From: Enoplolaimus lenunculus
Lineage: Eukaryota
NCBI GenBank assembly: GCA_030248215.1
Contig: JASANG010001737.1
Location: forward strand, 620,001 to 684,000
Length of the DNA stretch: 64,000 nt
Direction of reading: 5' to 3'
The notes under the pieces are model-generated. The model had not been told where the DNA came from. It did no database searches and saw only the letters and a list, made by a program, of their open reading frames with translations. The position numbers and the translations under genes are program-made. Below are positions 51,912 through 64,000 of this stretch, in pieces; position 1 is the first letter of the stretch; every line of letters begins with the position of its first letter.

Positions 51912-53991
51912 ATACCGCGAAGCTTTCCATAGCTTATGGAACGATAAAGACGAACTTGAATTTTGACACAAATTCACAAAATGGTTTTGAAACACAACCG
52001 TTGAATTGTCGCAAATTCTTGATTTTTGTTCTAATTCAACTTTAGCTAAAACAGCAAAAACGTTGAACTCAACTGCTCGGTTGGGTAGTGTTAAACGCCC
52101 ATTTTATTAAGATTTTAAGAGATTCATTGTCATCGGTTTTAAATATTGAAAAATATTTCTAATTTCAATCTTGAAAACTTCCGTTCCGGCTGCAAAATGA
52201 ACGCAAAAGTCAGGAACCACTGTTGTCCAAAGGTTAATTTTAAAATTTGAATTCCGTTTTAGACTTTGTATAAATGTTTTGTTTGTCAACAAGCAAGCAA
52301 CTCCAGTCGCAAGTGTAGTAATTTCCGTTTTGAACGCAATTTGTTCAAGTTGTAATGTTGAATTTGGAAAATTTCTTCGAATTATTTAAACTCAGTTACA
52401 TTTTGAACAAAATTTAAAACTGTTTACGTTGCTGTTGAACTCAAACCTTAACGTCTTTGGTCTCTCTTTCAAGTTTTTGGACCCACGTTATTTGATCCGT
52501 ACGCTTCAGACAAAACAAACTCAAGTATGCTTGCAAAAGTTTTAAACCGAAGAAAGTGTGTGCTCGCGTTCAATTACTCGTAATTCTGCACAAACAATAT
52601 TGCAGCGAGCGCTCTATTACCTGCTCCTTAAATCCGCAATTCGAGTCAAGAGTTTGAAGCAAACGTTTGGAAAATTTCAATATAAAATCAAATTGAAACA
52701 TTTTAAATTTAAAAATATATTTTCGGGCGACGTAAATGCCCAAAATTTTGCCTTTATTCAAAAATTAAGTCTGGCATTTTCGCTCTCTGCTGTCGCGAAG
52801 TTTGCTTTATTGTTGTACCCGCACCGACATCTCGAATAACCAACATTTGTCGTTCATACTCAAGTGTGGTCTAATTTCTCGCTCATTTCACTCGCAAGGA
52901 TTCCTTCACTGTACTACGTGCGTTGTGGCGTCGCCAAAGCTTAATCAAAATCTAAATTATGCCTTTAGTCTTGACACTAAAACTGTATTATTCTTATCGA
53001 TAGCTACGCTTGTGAGGATTGTTTCGCTTCTTTTACCACTGTTGTAACTCTTAGTAGCTGAACGGTCTCAGCATCAGACAAATTTTTCATAGTTTTCATA
53101 CATAAAAAATAGATATCATTCAGTGGGTTTGGCTATAAATTTCAGTACAATTTTAAGAACAAATTGTCACAATTGCTTAAAACAAGCTTAAAACCAAAAT
53201 TTTGAACAACGTTTGATAGATATTTGCTAAATTTAACAAATTAAATATTGTTTAAACAACTTTCTTTAATTTCGTATCATCTCCAGCTTCATCTCCGGCT
53301 TCGGCAAGTTTGGTTGACCAAAGGTCATGCCGCCGTTGTTCACCAACTTCGCTTGTACCCTGCTAGGTAATATATATATTTGTATGTATACGGCTCGACA
53401 TGGTTTTGCGAGCTGGTATTAATAATTTTATTCTAATATAGAAATACGACGATTATAAAGTTACAACCTTGCCTTCTCATGGGAACTTCAAATATCCATA
53501 TTATAAATCTTAAAGATAAAAGAAATTTTGGATTTTTGTGAATTTTGGGTTTTCTTGCAAAAAATCGAACCAACGGATCAATACTTTCTCAAAGTTTAAA
53601 CTAAGGTTAAGCTAATCTAGCTGTATTAAACTAACATTCTAAATTAAAACTAACAGATAAGGTTTACGCTTAAAGCATTTAAAACAAAAACATGTTTTTA
53701 GTTTAAGCTAAACTTAATACAACCTCCATAGTTTCTAGGAAGCACGTATATCTTAAACCAAATATAAGTGTAGCTTAAAATTGCCCAAAAATTAAAAATA
53801 TGTTAGCTTCAATTGAACTTAAACTTCAAGTTTAGTTAGTCTGTCCAGCCAATTAAGTTGTATTTGAGCTCATACTTAATTTTTTTAGTTAATCTATAAT
53901 TTAAGTTTAAAATTTTACAAGGTAGGATGTCGAAGTTCTCGCAAATTTAGTTGTACGACTATAGAATTTACCAAAAATTCACTGACAGACT

Positions 53992-54186
53992 AGCCCATGT
54001 ATAGAACAGGGCCGGATCGATTTCCGGAGGAGCTATAATACAGTCAGTTTAAGCTTTAGACTAAACTTTTTTCCTTAGGCTTAGGTTTAGGCTTAGGATT
54101 ACGAATAGGCTCATAAACACTTACGCTTAGGCTTAGGCTTAGGAACATGCTTATACTATTGTCCGGCTCTCTTCTATACATGGACC
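53992..54186 (+). mobile_element. TTAGGC-bearing MITE, subfamily B
   Basis: Perfect TSD GACAGACT. Confidence 0.85.
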
Positions 54187-54637
54187 GACAGACTTATAAT
54201 GATTAATAGTCAAGAATATTATTCCATCGGTGACCTTGAGACTTTAAATTAATTTTTAAGCCAATTTAATGCTCATCGGCTCTTCCAATATTTGTTCGAC
54301 TCCAATCAAATTGACAATATTCTGAAACAATAATAAAGATTGCGAATAAAAAAAATTTATTTTTGCGTTTGTTGTCGAACGTTTTTAAGTCTGACATTTC
54401 GTACCATGAAGCAAAATAATTTTATAAATCAGCCTATACGCCGTGTTTGTTGCGACAACGCTCATGAATTACAATAGTTTTGAAGACTGTCTCAACCAGC
54501 TTGAATGCATGAATATTGCAATTTTGTAATAATGTTTGCAGTTCAAAACAATAGCAATTGCTATTATATTGCGGCACACATAGTTGGGTACCTTTGTATT
54601 AAATTGCACAACAGCGAAAGAGTTTTTTGACATTTTT

Positions 54638-54750
54638 GGCCAATGTAAACATTAGGGGCGGAATGTTCTTCTGGAGGCCTGCAATGAAGTAAGCTCTATG
54701 CTTTGGAGTATGCTTGTACTACTGTTCCGGCTCTGCTCTATACACTGGCC
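54638..54750 (+). mobile_element. Family MITE lacking the TTAGGC core
   Basis: Perfect TSD ACATTTTT; both arms present but the array is absent. A similar array-less copy lies at 25505-25602. Confidence 0.75.
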
Positions 54751-55434
54751 ACATTTTTCATGGTATCATAGTTCGGTTGCGTTTTGGCGGCGTCATATTA
54801 CCCTTCACGCATAATATTCAGTCTTAACCTTAGCTAAGAATTTTTAATCATTATCTAATGCTTTGGGGGACTCCGTTGCTGCCCCTTAAAAACGTGACAC
54901 ACCTAAAAGTGACATGATCCGAAACCTTGTATGAGATGCTGGATTGCAAGAAGCGTCCGGCACCGTCCGTCACTCGTACGGCGCCGTTACGTCACCTGTC
55001 TGGAGCCTCCCTACGCCGTAATGTGCGCACGATGACGCACGGGGACGGACGGCAACGAACGGCGCCGTACCGGTGAGAAACAGCGCCGCACGAAAGTATA
55101 ACGCCACCCTGACGTGGAACCCTGATGCACCTGGACAGCTCACATGGGGCTCTGTGGATAACATGGAGGTCACGATAATCAGCAAAGACGCTTGAGAGGT
55201 GTAATTTTGTCCTGCATCGAACCCTACTAGTACTGAAATTTTTCCTTGGAAGTCCACTCTGCAAAACACCTGAAATTTGGCTTTTTGAACAGGTAGCCTT
55301 AGGTAAAGTACACTTTTCTTCTAGTGTAAACTGTTTAAATACTATCCAGTCCTAGTGATTTCCGTCCTCAGCGTCTCCACCCTTCCAACCGCACCCCAGC
55401 TGGTAGGTGCTGTATGCAAACCGACCGGCGTTGC

Positions 55435-55656
55435 GGCCCATGTATAGAACCAGGCCGGATCCTTTTCTAGAGGGGCTATAATAGAGTCAGTTTAAGCTTT
55501 AGACTAATTTTTTGCTTAGGCTTAGGCTTAGGAATAGGCACATCCATACGCTTAGGCTTAGGCTTAGGCTTAGGAATAGGCACATCTATACGCTTAGGCT
55601 TAGGCTTAGGCTTAGAAATATGCTTATACTACTGTTCCGGCCCTGATACATGGGCC
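55435..55656 (+). mobile_element. TTAGGC-bearing MITE, subfamily B
   Basis: GGCCCATGTATAGAAC ... GTTCCGGCCCTGATACATGGGCC with three (GCTTAG)3-4 blocks. Confidence 0.82.
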
Positions 55657-56169
55657 TGTAAACAAAATCAATTTTTAAAAACATGAAAGGACTTTTTGGC
55701 AATTTGGCATTCATATTTAAGTATGTTTACGAGATGATGGTTGCAAAGTGATACTTAGCATGTGAACATGCAACTGCGATTTTGTGCAATGACCCGTCTC
55801 AGGCATTTATGCTTTCTGCTGGGTATCATCCGTCACCGTTTGTCGCCATGTGACCCTGCGCGTCATATGCAAATTAGCATCCAGCGTGCTACGGAAGTTA
55901 CTAGAGCAAACGTGGTTGAAATACTGACAACGCTACCGCCATCACATTTTTTGCAAATTATTCCTTCTTGTAACCGGCGATGGAACTGTGGACAAATTAC
56001 GTATGTTGGACGTTCCAGCTTTAATAACGTAGAATAATTATTCGCAGCGACAACCGTGACCGAGTTATATACTCAAATGGTTCTCGTCAAATTCGTAGTT
56101 TCGGGCAGGCTTTTAAGGCAAAAAAAATTGAATAAATAACTTTGAGCTGCAAGGAATGCATTTTAGAAA

Positions 56170-56578
56170 GGCGGGGGTACGGAATATGGACCCCCCAGAA
56201 GTTTAATAACAAACAGTTCATTTTATAGATTTCGACACGCTGAGATCAACGGTGCCATTTTTAGCGCAGCAGGGTCCTTGGTTCTATAGTTATGGCCTTA
56301 TAAATTTTAACTTTTTACCATATAAAACATGTACAAACAACAATCAAATTTGTGTAAGGAATAAACGTGGTTAAGCTTATATTTTACGAACATGTGAATA
56401 ATAGATTACTTCCTGATCCAATCTGTGCGTGTTTGCACTATAATATCGAGCGCCATAACTTCTCAACCGTTGGTCATGCAGCCATAAAAATTATACCGTT
56501 GAATTCAGCTCGTCGAGATCTATAGGAAGGACCGCTTTTTATATAAATCATATGGGGACCAGATTCCGTACCTCAGCC
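56170..56578. mobile_element. MULE-like MITE with 9-bp TSD
   Basis: GGCGGGGGTACGGAATATGGACCCC / GGGGACCAGATTCCGTACCTCAGCC; TSD TTTTAGAAA on both sides; diverged relative at about 46369-46603. Confidence 0.72.
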
Positions 56579-57705
56579 TTTTAGAAATATAATCAACGTT
56601 TGATTTAGAATATCTTTTAGGTATCTTTGACTACTATACTTCGTTTTACTCTATTTATATGATACATTACACCAATATAGACCTGGATATTGGCACTTAA
56701 CCTTGTTTACCATAGAAAGTGATCTGATATGGACTACAAAACGTTGTGTTTTATCTTTCTGTTAGCAAATGTATTAGTTTCGTTTGTGTTTGCGGGTTAG
56801 TATCACAGAATCATTGTTAATTTGATTTTTAACAAGTACATTCAAATTTTAATTACAGATAAAATAGTAGCTTAAGTATAGAACAGGTTTCAGAAAATCT
56901 GTTTTTGTTCAAACCTAAAACGTTTTTTAATTAAGCACTGTTCAAAATATGATACCAGATTTGTGATAGGCACATTTGGTCGCTAAATCGGAATAAAAAA
57001 AGAGACCGCAGCGTCTTTAGCATGTCTGGAATTTGAGTGGTTTAAGGTTTTGTGCCCTTGGGCAGCGTTCATTTTGCACTGGTTTAAAATTAACATTAGC
57101 GGCTGGTCCATATGTACCCAAAAAATTCATAAGAAGCTTTCTGAGTATGAATATTGCAATGAAAAATTGACGTTGGCTGCGTTAAGCCTTCGAATTTCAT
57201 TCGGAACTTTTTCAAGGCCATAAAAATATAAAACGCCATTTCAAACGCGTTTTGAGTTTTGTATCTTTCAAAACGCTTTTTGGTACTGGAGAAACTACAC
57301 TCATAATAATATTTCTGATATTTAAGAAAAAATTTCTTACATTTAAGAAATATAATTAGCAAGGTGCATTTGAAAAGTATTTCTATTATAACAGAAAAGA
57401 TTTCAGAAAGGTTTTGAAAAAAGTTTGAAAATAAACGTTTCCCAGTAATTTTTCGAAAAATAGTCTTAAATATCAGAAAAACTTTTCAGATTTGCCATAG
57501 AAAATACGTCTCAACATAAATTCAGCAATACTTTTTTTGTGTGTATGAAGCAAAAACGCTAAGCGCTATTGCACACACGTTTTTTAGCGGTTATCAAAAA
57601 GCTATTTTAGAATCAAAAGCTTTTTCGATGCGAAAAGCGTTGTATTTTGGACTAATATGTTCTCACGTGAAATTTTGTCATTTTCTTTTGATGAAAAAAG
57701 CTGTA

Positions 57706-58087
57706 CCCACATCTTGCTGATGTCAGTTTAAACTGACGCTACCGAAAAGTGTCATTCAAAGTGAAATCATTCTACAGGTGTGAACTTTTGCTTTAGATAT
57801 CAAGGAAAGCTATAGTTCTGTCTATTTCTAGTAAAGTTTGTGTCGATAACGTTACAGTTCCTACTAGTGGCTTTCGAACATTTTTAATGCCAAACAAGCA
57901 CGGTGCTGGTGATAGGAAACCAAGCAACAAATGCGCAGATGCAGCTGGCAACACAAACCCGTGCAGTAATCCAGAACAAGACATTAATGAAAGTGTTCAT
58001 ATAAATAGAGTTGGATGAGTTTTGTAACTTCAAAGATATAAACCTTTTTTCCGCCGTCATGTTAAACTGACATCAGCAAGATATGGG
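57706..58087. mobile_element. TIR element, unclassified
   Basis: CCCACATCTTGCTGATGTCAGTTTAA / TTAAACTGACATCAGCAAGATATGGG inverted repeat. Confidence 0.6.
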
Positions 58088-58170
58088 TTAATCTTATAAA
58101 TCAGGGAATTGGTTCTGTAATGAATGCAATTCTTATTTTCGTAAACTGAACAGAAACTTTGTGTTTTCAG

Positions 58171-61100
58171 CGGAAGAGATTGGACCGCCTGTAAGTTATC
58201 AAATATTATTTAGCACATCCGTTCCTTTTACATTGAAGGGCTATTCTAATTAAGCTAAACACTAGCAGGGCTAAACGGACTGGTAGCATTTTGCTAGTAG
58301 TAATCGAACACAGCAGATAAATCAACTTGGCTAATGTTACTTTTATAGCCGTAAACTGTAGATTTAGCTCATTCCTAAGCCTAAGCCTAAGCCGTAACTG
58401 GAGATTTAGCTCATTCCTAAGCCTAAGCCTAAGCCGTAACTGTAGATTTAGCTCATTCCTAAGCCTAAGCCTAAGTCTATACCTAAGCGTAAACCGGACC
58501 ATAATCCTGAGCAGACAACATTAAAATTAACAAATCACAGTATAAAGTTCATGGCTCATGTACAGATCACGGGCAGAACGTTTTTCTGCAAGACTACAAT
58601 TGAGTATTAAGCTTAAGGTTAAGACTTATGCTTAGGATTAGTTTAGGTATTAGCTCATTTTCACGTCTGGACTTTGGCATAGGAATATGCTTATACTACT
58701 ATTACGTCCGTGTTCTATACAATGGCAACAGTGTTTATGGCAAATATTTGAGCCAGTGTATAAAAAGAAAAAGGTTACAAATACGGCAAGGTTAGACGAA
58801 TCTTTGATATTTTGGACTATTTTCCAGCTATCGATATGCTAAAAATCTAAATTCTTTCAGGTAAAATTCTAATCAAAGCTTCATAATGTGAAAAAAATGT
58901 GCCAATTGAATTTATTTTTAGGGTCCACAAGGCATTCAAGGACCAGTTGTATGTTTGCCTATTTTATATAACATCATTTTGAGTGTTAATAAATACGTTA
59001 CTGTTGACACAAATTTCTGCTACACAGAACACAAAATTGAATAAAAATAATTAAAACAGTTTAAGAGCTCATATTAATTATAAGAATCTGACCACTAATT
59101 CTATGCCTAAAAGCCTAAGCTTAAACCTAACTATAAACCTAAGCTTAAATGTAAATTTAGGCCAAATCCTATGCTCAAACCTTTCGGTTTCTTAAGTCCA
59201 CAGGTATCTTTGTTTTACAAAGGGCAGCAGCAGTCTCTATTATTACGAAGTGTCCAAATTAGGATACGTCATCCATACACGGTTGTTTATCAAACGTTAT
59301 TTTCTTGAAATACAACATTTTGCTATGAATTTGATTTCATTATGCTGAATACCAGTTTAGTTTGTTAGCAAAATTACAATCCGTACGTTACGAACGATAT
59401 ATGCCCGCAACTAGGAACATTGAATGATCGAGCCATAATTTCAGGCCGCCTGAGGCGAAGATATCCGTAGTGGGTGTGATGCTCAACCACCCGCCCCTAC
59501 GCCTGCAGCCACTCGTATTTACATTACTATTTTATGCTTAATACACTCTACTTTACTAATTTATCATTGTAAAATACCTGAAAATGCTATAAAATTGAAC
59601 CGATCTAAAGCTTTGACTAAACAGGTTTGTGGTTTGGTTTTAGGTCGAATTTTTGAATCTGGTTTTGTTTTTCTAATTTCAGGGGCCGCCAGGTCCACCA
59701 GGCGTAGAAGGACCACCGGTAAGCGCCATCAACTTAATACTCGCGATAGTTTACGTAGCACAAAATTTTCTTTAGTTTATTTTTAAATTTTAGGTAAACC
59801 ATGAAATTTTAGTGTCAAAGTCACTTTCGACATTTTAAAACCATTAATGGTTTGAGTTGAAAAAGTATTCAACTTTGTCCAATTTGTAAACAGCGTCCGA
59901 CTGCCACAGAAATCGTTGTTATTGCTTAAACCTTTCTCACATGAATATTTTCTATGTCAATGGAGACCTACTTTTATGCTAGGATTCGAACTCAAGTGAC
60001 TGGAGTGGGAGGCGTTTACCATCACCACTCAGCTATAGGAGCTTGACGCTCGAGCCCGAGGGTGCTCTCACGTCTGTGGTGATTTAATACTATGTATACG
60101 TGTTGCAATTGTTAAACACTGTGCGATATATATTATTTAACGTATATACATAGCGCTGAGTTGCCCGTAGTCAACTCTATGTGAGAAGGGGTTAATATCT
60201 ATCAAGCAATAGCACTAAAATTGAATTACAAGTTTGAGTGCGACAAAATAGTTAAATGTGTTTCATGTGGTACTATCCTTACTACAAGTACATAAATAGA
60301 AGTCTTGTACACTGCAAAAAAATGGTGAGTCAAAATGACTCTCTCCGAAATAGGCTCTACGGGACTACACAATCTGAGTCAAATTCGACTCCACCAGAGA
60401 CAAACATGCGACACAGCGAGTCGAATTTGACTATAGCAGAGTTGAATTTGACTCATTTTGTGTAGTCCCGTAGAGGCTATTTCGGAGAGCGTCAATTTGA
60501 CTCACAATTTTTTGCAGTGTACGCTTTCAGCTTCGGAAGCTTACGACAGATTCTAAACCCAAACCTAAACTTAAGGCTAATGCGAAGCCTGAATCGGAAA
60601 ATAAATTTTGAAAAACCATAGGTGGAAACGCAAATAAGCGCATAATTGCAATACTTTTTTATAAATTTGTTATATTTCTTTGTGAAAAAACCGACGATTT
60701 ATATTTCGTACTTTTAATTTTTGATAACAAAATTTAATAAAATTTAATAAATTTTTAGGGCATAAAAGGCGATCCTGGAATGCGAGGCGAACAAGGAATG
60801 CATGTAAAGACTTACAGTTCTATACCATACGAGGCCAATGTTACTTTAAGGGGCGTAACAGTATATTAAGCGTATTCCTAAGCCTAAGCCAAAGCCTAAG
60901 CGTTGCAAGAATGTGTTCCTAAACCTAATCCCAAGCCTAAGCCTAAGCGTTGCAAGAATGTGTCCCTAAGCCTAAGCCCAAGCCTAAGCCTAAGTCTAAG
61001 CAAAAAAAGTAATATAGAATCTAAACTTACTCTTTTATAGACCCACCGGTAACCTGGACGCCCCTTAAAGTAACATGGACCCCATACGAGATGAATAATC

Positions 61101-63975
61101 AAATTCCACATGTAGAAATTTAGGAAGGTTAAAATGTGTTCAAAAAATACGCTCATACGAAAAAATGTTTCGAAATCATTTCGTATCGGATTATTGATTA
61201 ATTCCCATTCTAACTGTTCAGCCATAGTTTAGTAAACATAAGCTAGGCCTTGGTCTGTTTACGGCAAAATATGTAGCATCTATCAGCAGTGGGCACTAGA
61301 TATTGTATCTTTCGAACCACTGGATGATGAGGTTTGATATTTAGCACATTTTTCGCAATTGATTTGTCTTTATTTACCCATATTTCGAAGTGCGATTTAT
61401 AACGCCAGCTCTTCCCACATCGGAATACGAGGTGGAGCCTATGTTACTTTAAGCGACGTCCATGAGTCTGGTGTGTCTCTAAAAGTCTAGGTTTAGAATC
61501 TAGATTACATTTTTTGCTTAGGCTTAGGCTTAGCAATACGCTTAATCTATTGTTACGCCCCTAAACGCAACATTGGCCCAAGGCGGTGTAAAACACAATA
61601 CGCCTCAACGCGCACTGGAAATATACGAAGCTTACAATCTTTTTAGCTCGTTTCGGAAACCGACAGTTTTCAATTTGCGTTGTAGGTTTTACGCGCGGTG
61701 GTGCAAGATGGCCTTATTTTATGCTGAAAATCGAAAAGGATCTTACATTTAAACTCAAAACTAATACAGAGCATCCTCCTATTTCAGGGACGTCCTGGCT
61801 TTCAAGGTTCTCCCGGCATCCCAGGCAATCCGGTAAGTTTCCTCACAACCATGTTTTTGCAGCGCATGTATTTATAAGCATTGATTTCAGTTTTAACTAT
61901 CAATTCATGTTTTGTTATTAACCCTGAAAATAGAAGTGGAAATGGGTCACGGTGGGTGACCCACCGGAACCCGAGGGCGGCCGACCCACGACCAGTGTGA
62001 GCTACAACCGGTAACGAACATTTAATGTCATAACTGTACAATTTGATAAACTCGATTAATACTTTACACATTTGTCCACGGATACTACGAATCAGCGACA
62101 GACAAGTTGTCGGGTGACGAATTGTGATAACGAATACTACATGGATCAAACCTCTGACTCGCAGATCATGAAAGTTCCTAAAACGGCGATCCATGATCCA
62201 CTGACCAAATTCCAACTCTGCCAGGAAACACACACTGATCGTAAAATGAAATCAAGTCATTGAGAAATTTAACCAGCATCCTACAACAGGGTTTCGATGT
62301 CCACGAGAATTAAACACTTAATCGTATAGAACGTTGTTTTTAGATGTAACGCGTAGCCGCGGGAGTAGGATCAAATCGTATCCGCTTTGTGATAAAGGGT
62401 TTGTTGGAACTTTTGGCAGATGGCGTTCCTACAATTTTTCGAATGTTTCTCAGATTGCATATAATAAGCAATTGCCTCAATTTACTTAATTACACACATC
62501 TTTTGGTTCAATAATGCAGCGTATATATACATATATACATATATATTATGTATGTATATATGTATATATGTATATATATGTATAAATGTGTATATGTATA
62601 TATATTTATTTATATAACGCTCTCTTTTTGAACAGGGAGGTCCAGGACACCGAGGACTGGTAGGATTACCTGGCGAAATGGGAAATCCTGTAAGTTTGCT
62701 TCAAATACAATCAGTGATTAGGGTAAACTGGTTGGTTTGCGGATTCAAAATTTTTTGTCATGTTTGTTACTCAAAAATAACGTAGCTATGTATTTACTGG
62801 TGGATTTTATGTACATGAAATCAAGAATATATTCAAAACTCGCTACTTTTATAATAGTTTGCACAAAATTGATAAAAAATGGTTTCGTATTTTCATATTG
62901 AAATTAAGCACTGCAAGCAATACAAATAGGGTTAATCAGATATTTGAGTATGACTTGAAATTTCCCATTGATTTTCCGATCAATAATATATCTATTTATA
63001 TAATTAAAGCTGGAATTACTCACATTCGTATTTTGGGCAGCGTTCCAGCTGTTGTAATGAATGTTTCATATTACGTAAATAAGAAACAACAGATATTACG
63101 ACACTTTCTTTTGCTACTAAATGCCCACTTTACTAGTGTACTTTTAAGGCGTAGCAGTGTTTTGCATGATTGTAAAAGTAAGACTAAAAAATTTCGTACG
63201 ACTTTAAACAATTTTAGGTGGGTCAGGTGACGATTTTACACAAATCGAGGGTAAACCTATCGGCAGCCAGAATCTTCTTAACCGGAACTAAGCCATCTCG
63301 TGGTCATTTATTGGCTACCGATTTTACTACATGAGCCTTGCAAAACATTTTTGGGTAAAAATTTCAACACTTGCTGGTGCTTATGTTCTTTAACTATACG
63401 TCGCAATCCATATTCATGCAACGGAACAAACATTTTACTCTGAGCCGTACAGTTACACGGGTCGCCTCCGTACGTTTGGTCATTTTCACTTTTTATGGTC
63501 AACACTTTCGACCAATGTGTATAGAACAGGGACAGAATAGTAGTATTAGCATATTTAACATTTTAAGCCTAAGCCTAAGCAAAAAAATTAGTGAAAACCG
63601 CGTAATAGTAGTTTAGCTAAGCATATCCCAAACTCTAAGTGTAAGTCAAAGCAAAAAAATTGGTAAAATCCTTAAGCGTTACTCTGTTGAAGTCCTACGG
63701 AATAACGTTCCGCCCCTGATCTTTACATGGGCCATGTTTTCTAACAAAGTGAATACAATTATATGTTTGCATAATTTTCTTTGATGTCCCAGGGAATGGA
63801 TTTGCTGTAATATTTCTAAAATTCATAACTACGATACTGTTGTCTGCACGGCGCTATTGGGTAGTATAATTTTTCAGTGGATAAACCTAAATATGCCGGG
63901 TATCAAGGTTTTGAATTTCAGGGCCCAGAAGGACATCGAGGTCCAGAAGGACAAGGAGGATACGATGGACCACCG
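58171..63975 (+). CDS. Collagen gene, partial; triple-helix exons continue beyond the window and the 5' exons were not located
   Basis: AG/GT-bounded exons 58171-58190 (20 bp), 59683-59718 (36), 60759-60803 (45), 61788-61832 (45), 62636-62689 (54) and 63922-63975 (54) splice to [85 protein letters not shown], an uninterrupted Gly-X-Y repeat. Confidence 0.88.
59930..60191 (-). mobile_element. piggyBac-type tRNA-bearing MITE in a collagen intron
   Basis: TTAA|ACCTTTCTCACAT ... ATGTGAGAAGGGG|TTAA. Confidence 0.82.
60310..60519. mobile_element. Palindromic CACT-ended MITE with TA flanks (CMC/EnSpm-like); partial copies at about 23770-23840, 42565-42725 and 50829-50986
   Basis: TA|CACTGCAAAAAA...TTTTTTGCAGTG|TA; arms of about 75 bp; repeated TGAGTCAAATT motifs. 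Confidence 0.8.
62075..62310 (+). mobile_element. Possible decayed Penelope-like GIY-YIG endonuclease remnant in a collagen intron
   Basis: C..TNCDNEYYMDQTS (compare C..C...YIGQT), AIHD.L....LC and a frameshifted IEKFNP..NR-like end. Weak, by-eye match. Confidence 0.3.
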
Positions 63976-64000
63976 GTATATTTATTGAACAAAACGGTTT

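Larger units (their letters stand above)
58553..63733. mobile_element. TTAGGC-family MITEs in collagen introns: 58553-58727 (+), 60833-61081 (-), 61436-61578 (+), 63510-63733 (-)
   Basis: Family TIRs and cores; the 60833 copy has a perfect 8-bp TSD CCATACGA. Confidence 0.78.

Noticed and set aside
57798..58019. Open frame as an upstream collagen exon
   Set aside because: It lies inside a TIR element, has no recognisable domain and no convincing phase-1 donor.

Overview
AT-rich, intron-containing animal genomic DNA, most likely a nematode. This is an inference from pervasive TTAGGC repeats (the nematode telomere unit) and TTTCAG-type splice acceptors. Six protein-coding genes can be supported: an intronless ser-2-like tyramine GPCR (2557-4806 +); SZRD1 (4 exons, -); a clarin-family tetraspan (4 exons, +); an intronless VCPKMT/METTL21D methyltransferase with an 89-codon Q/H insert (+); a myostatin/GDF11/myoglianin-type TGF-beta ligand (4 exons, -); and part of a collagen gene built from 20/36/45/45/54/54-bp exons that runs off the right edge. 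Non-coding DNA is dominated by short non-autonomous transposons. The most striking is a family of about 30 MITEs (roughly 5.5 kb by manual count) with GGCC-ended TIRs, 8-bp TSDs and an internal, fixed-polarity (TTAGGC)n telomeric array. Also present: a TTAA-flanked piggyBac-type MITE carrying a tRNA-derived A/B-box cassette (5 copies); a 1.4-kb Helitron-like tandem duplication with E2F/CHR-like minisatellites; hAT-, Tc2/pogo-, CACT- and MULE-like MITEs; a LINE 3' fragment; and micro/minisatellites. All calls come from reading the sequence by eye; no searches were run.
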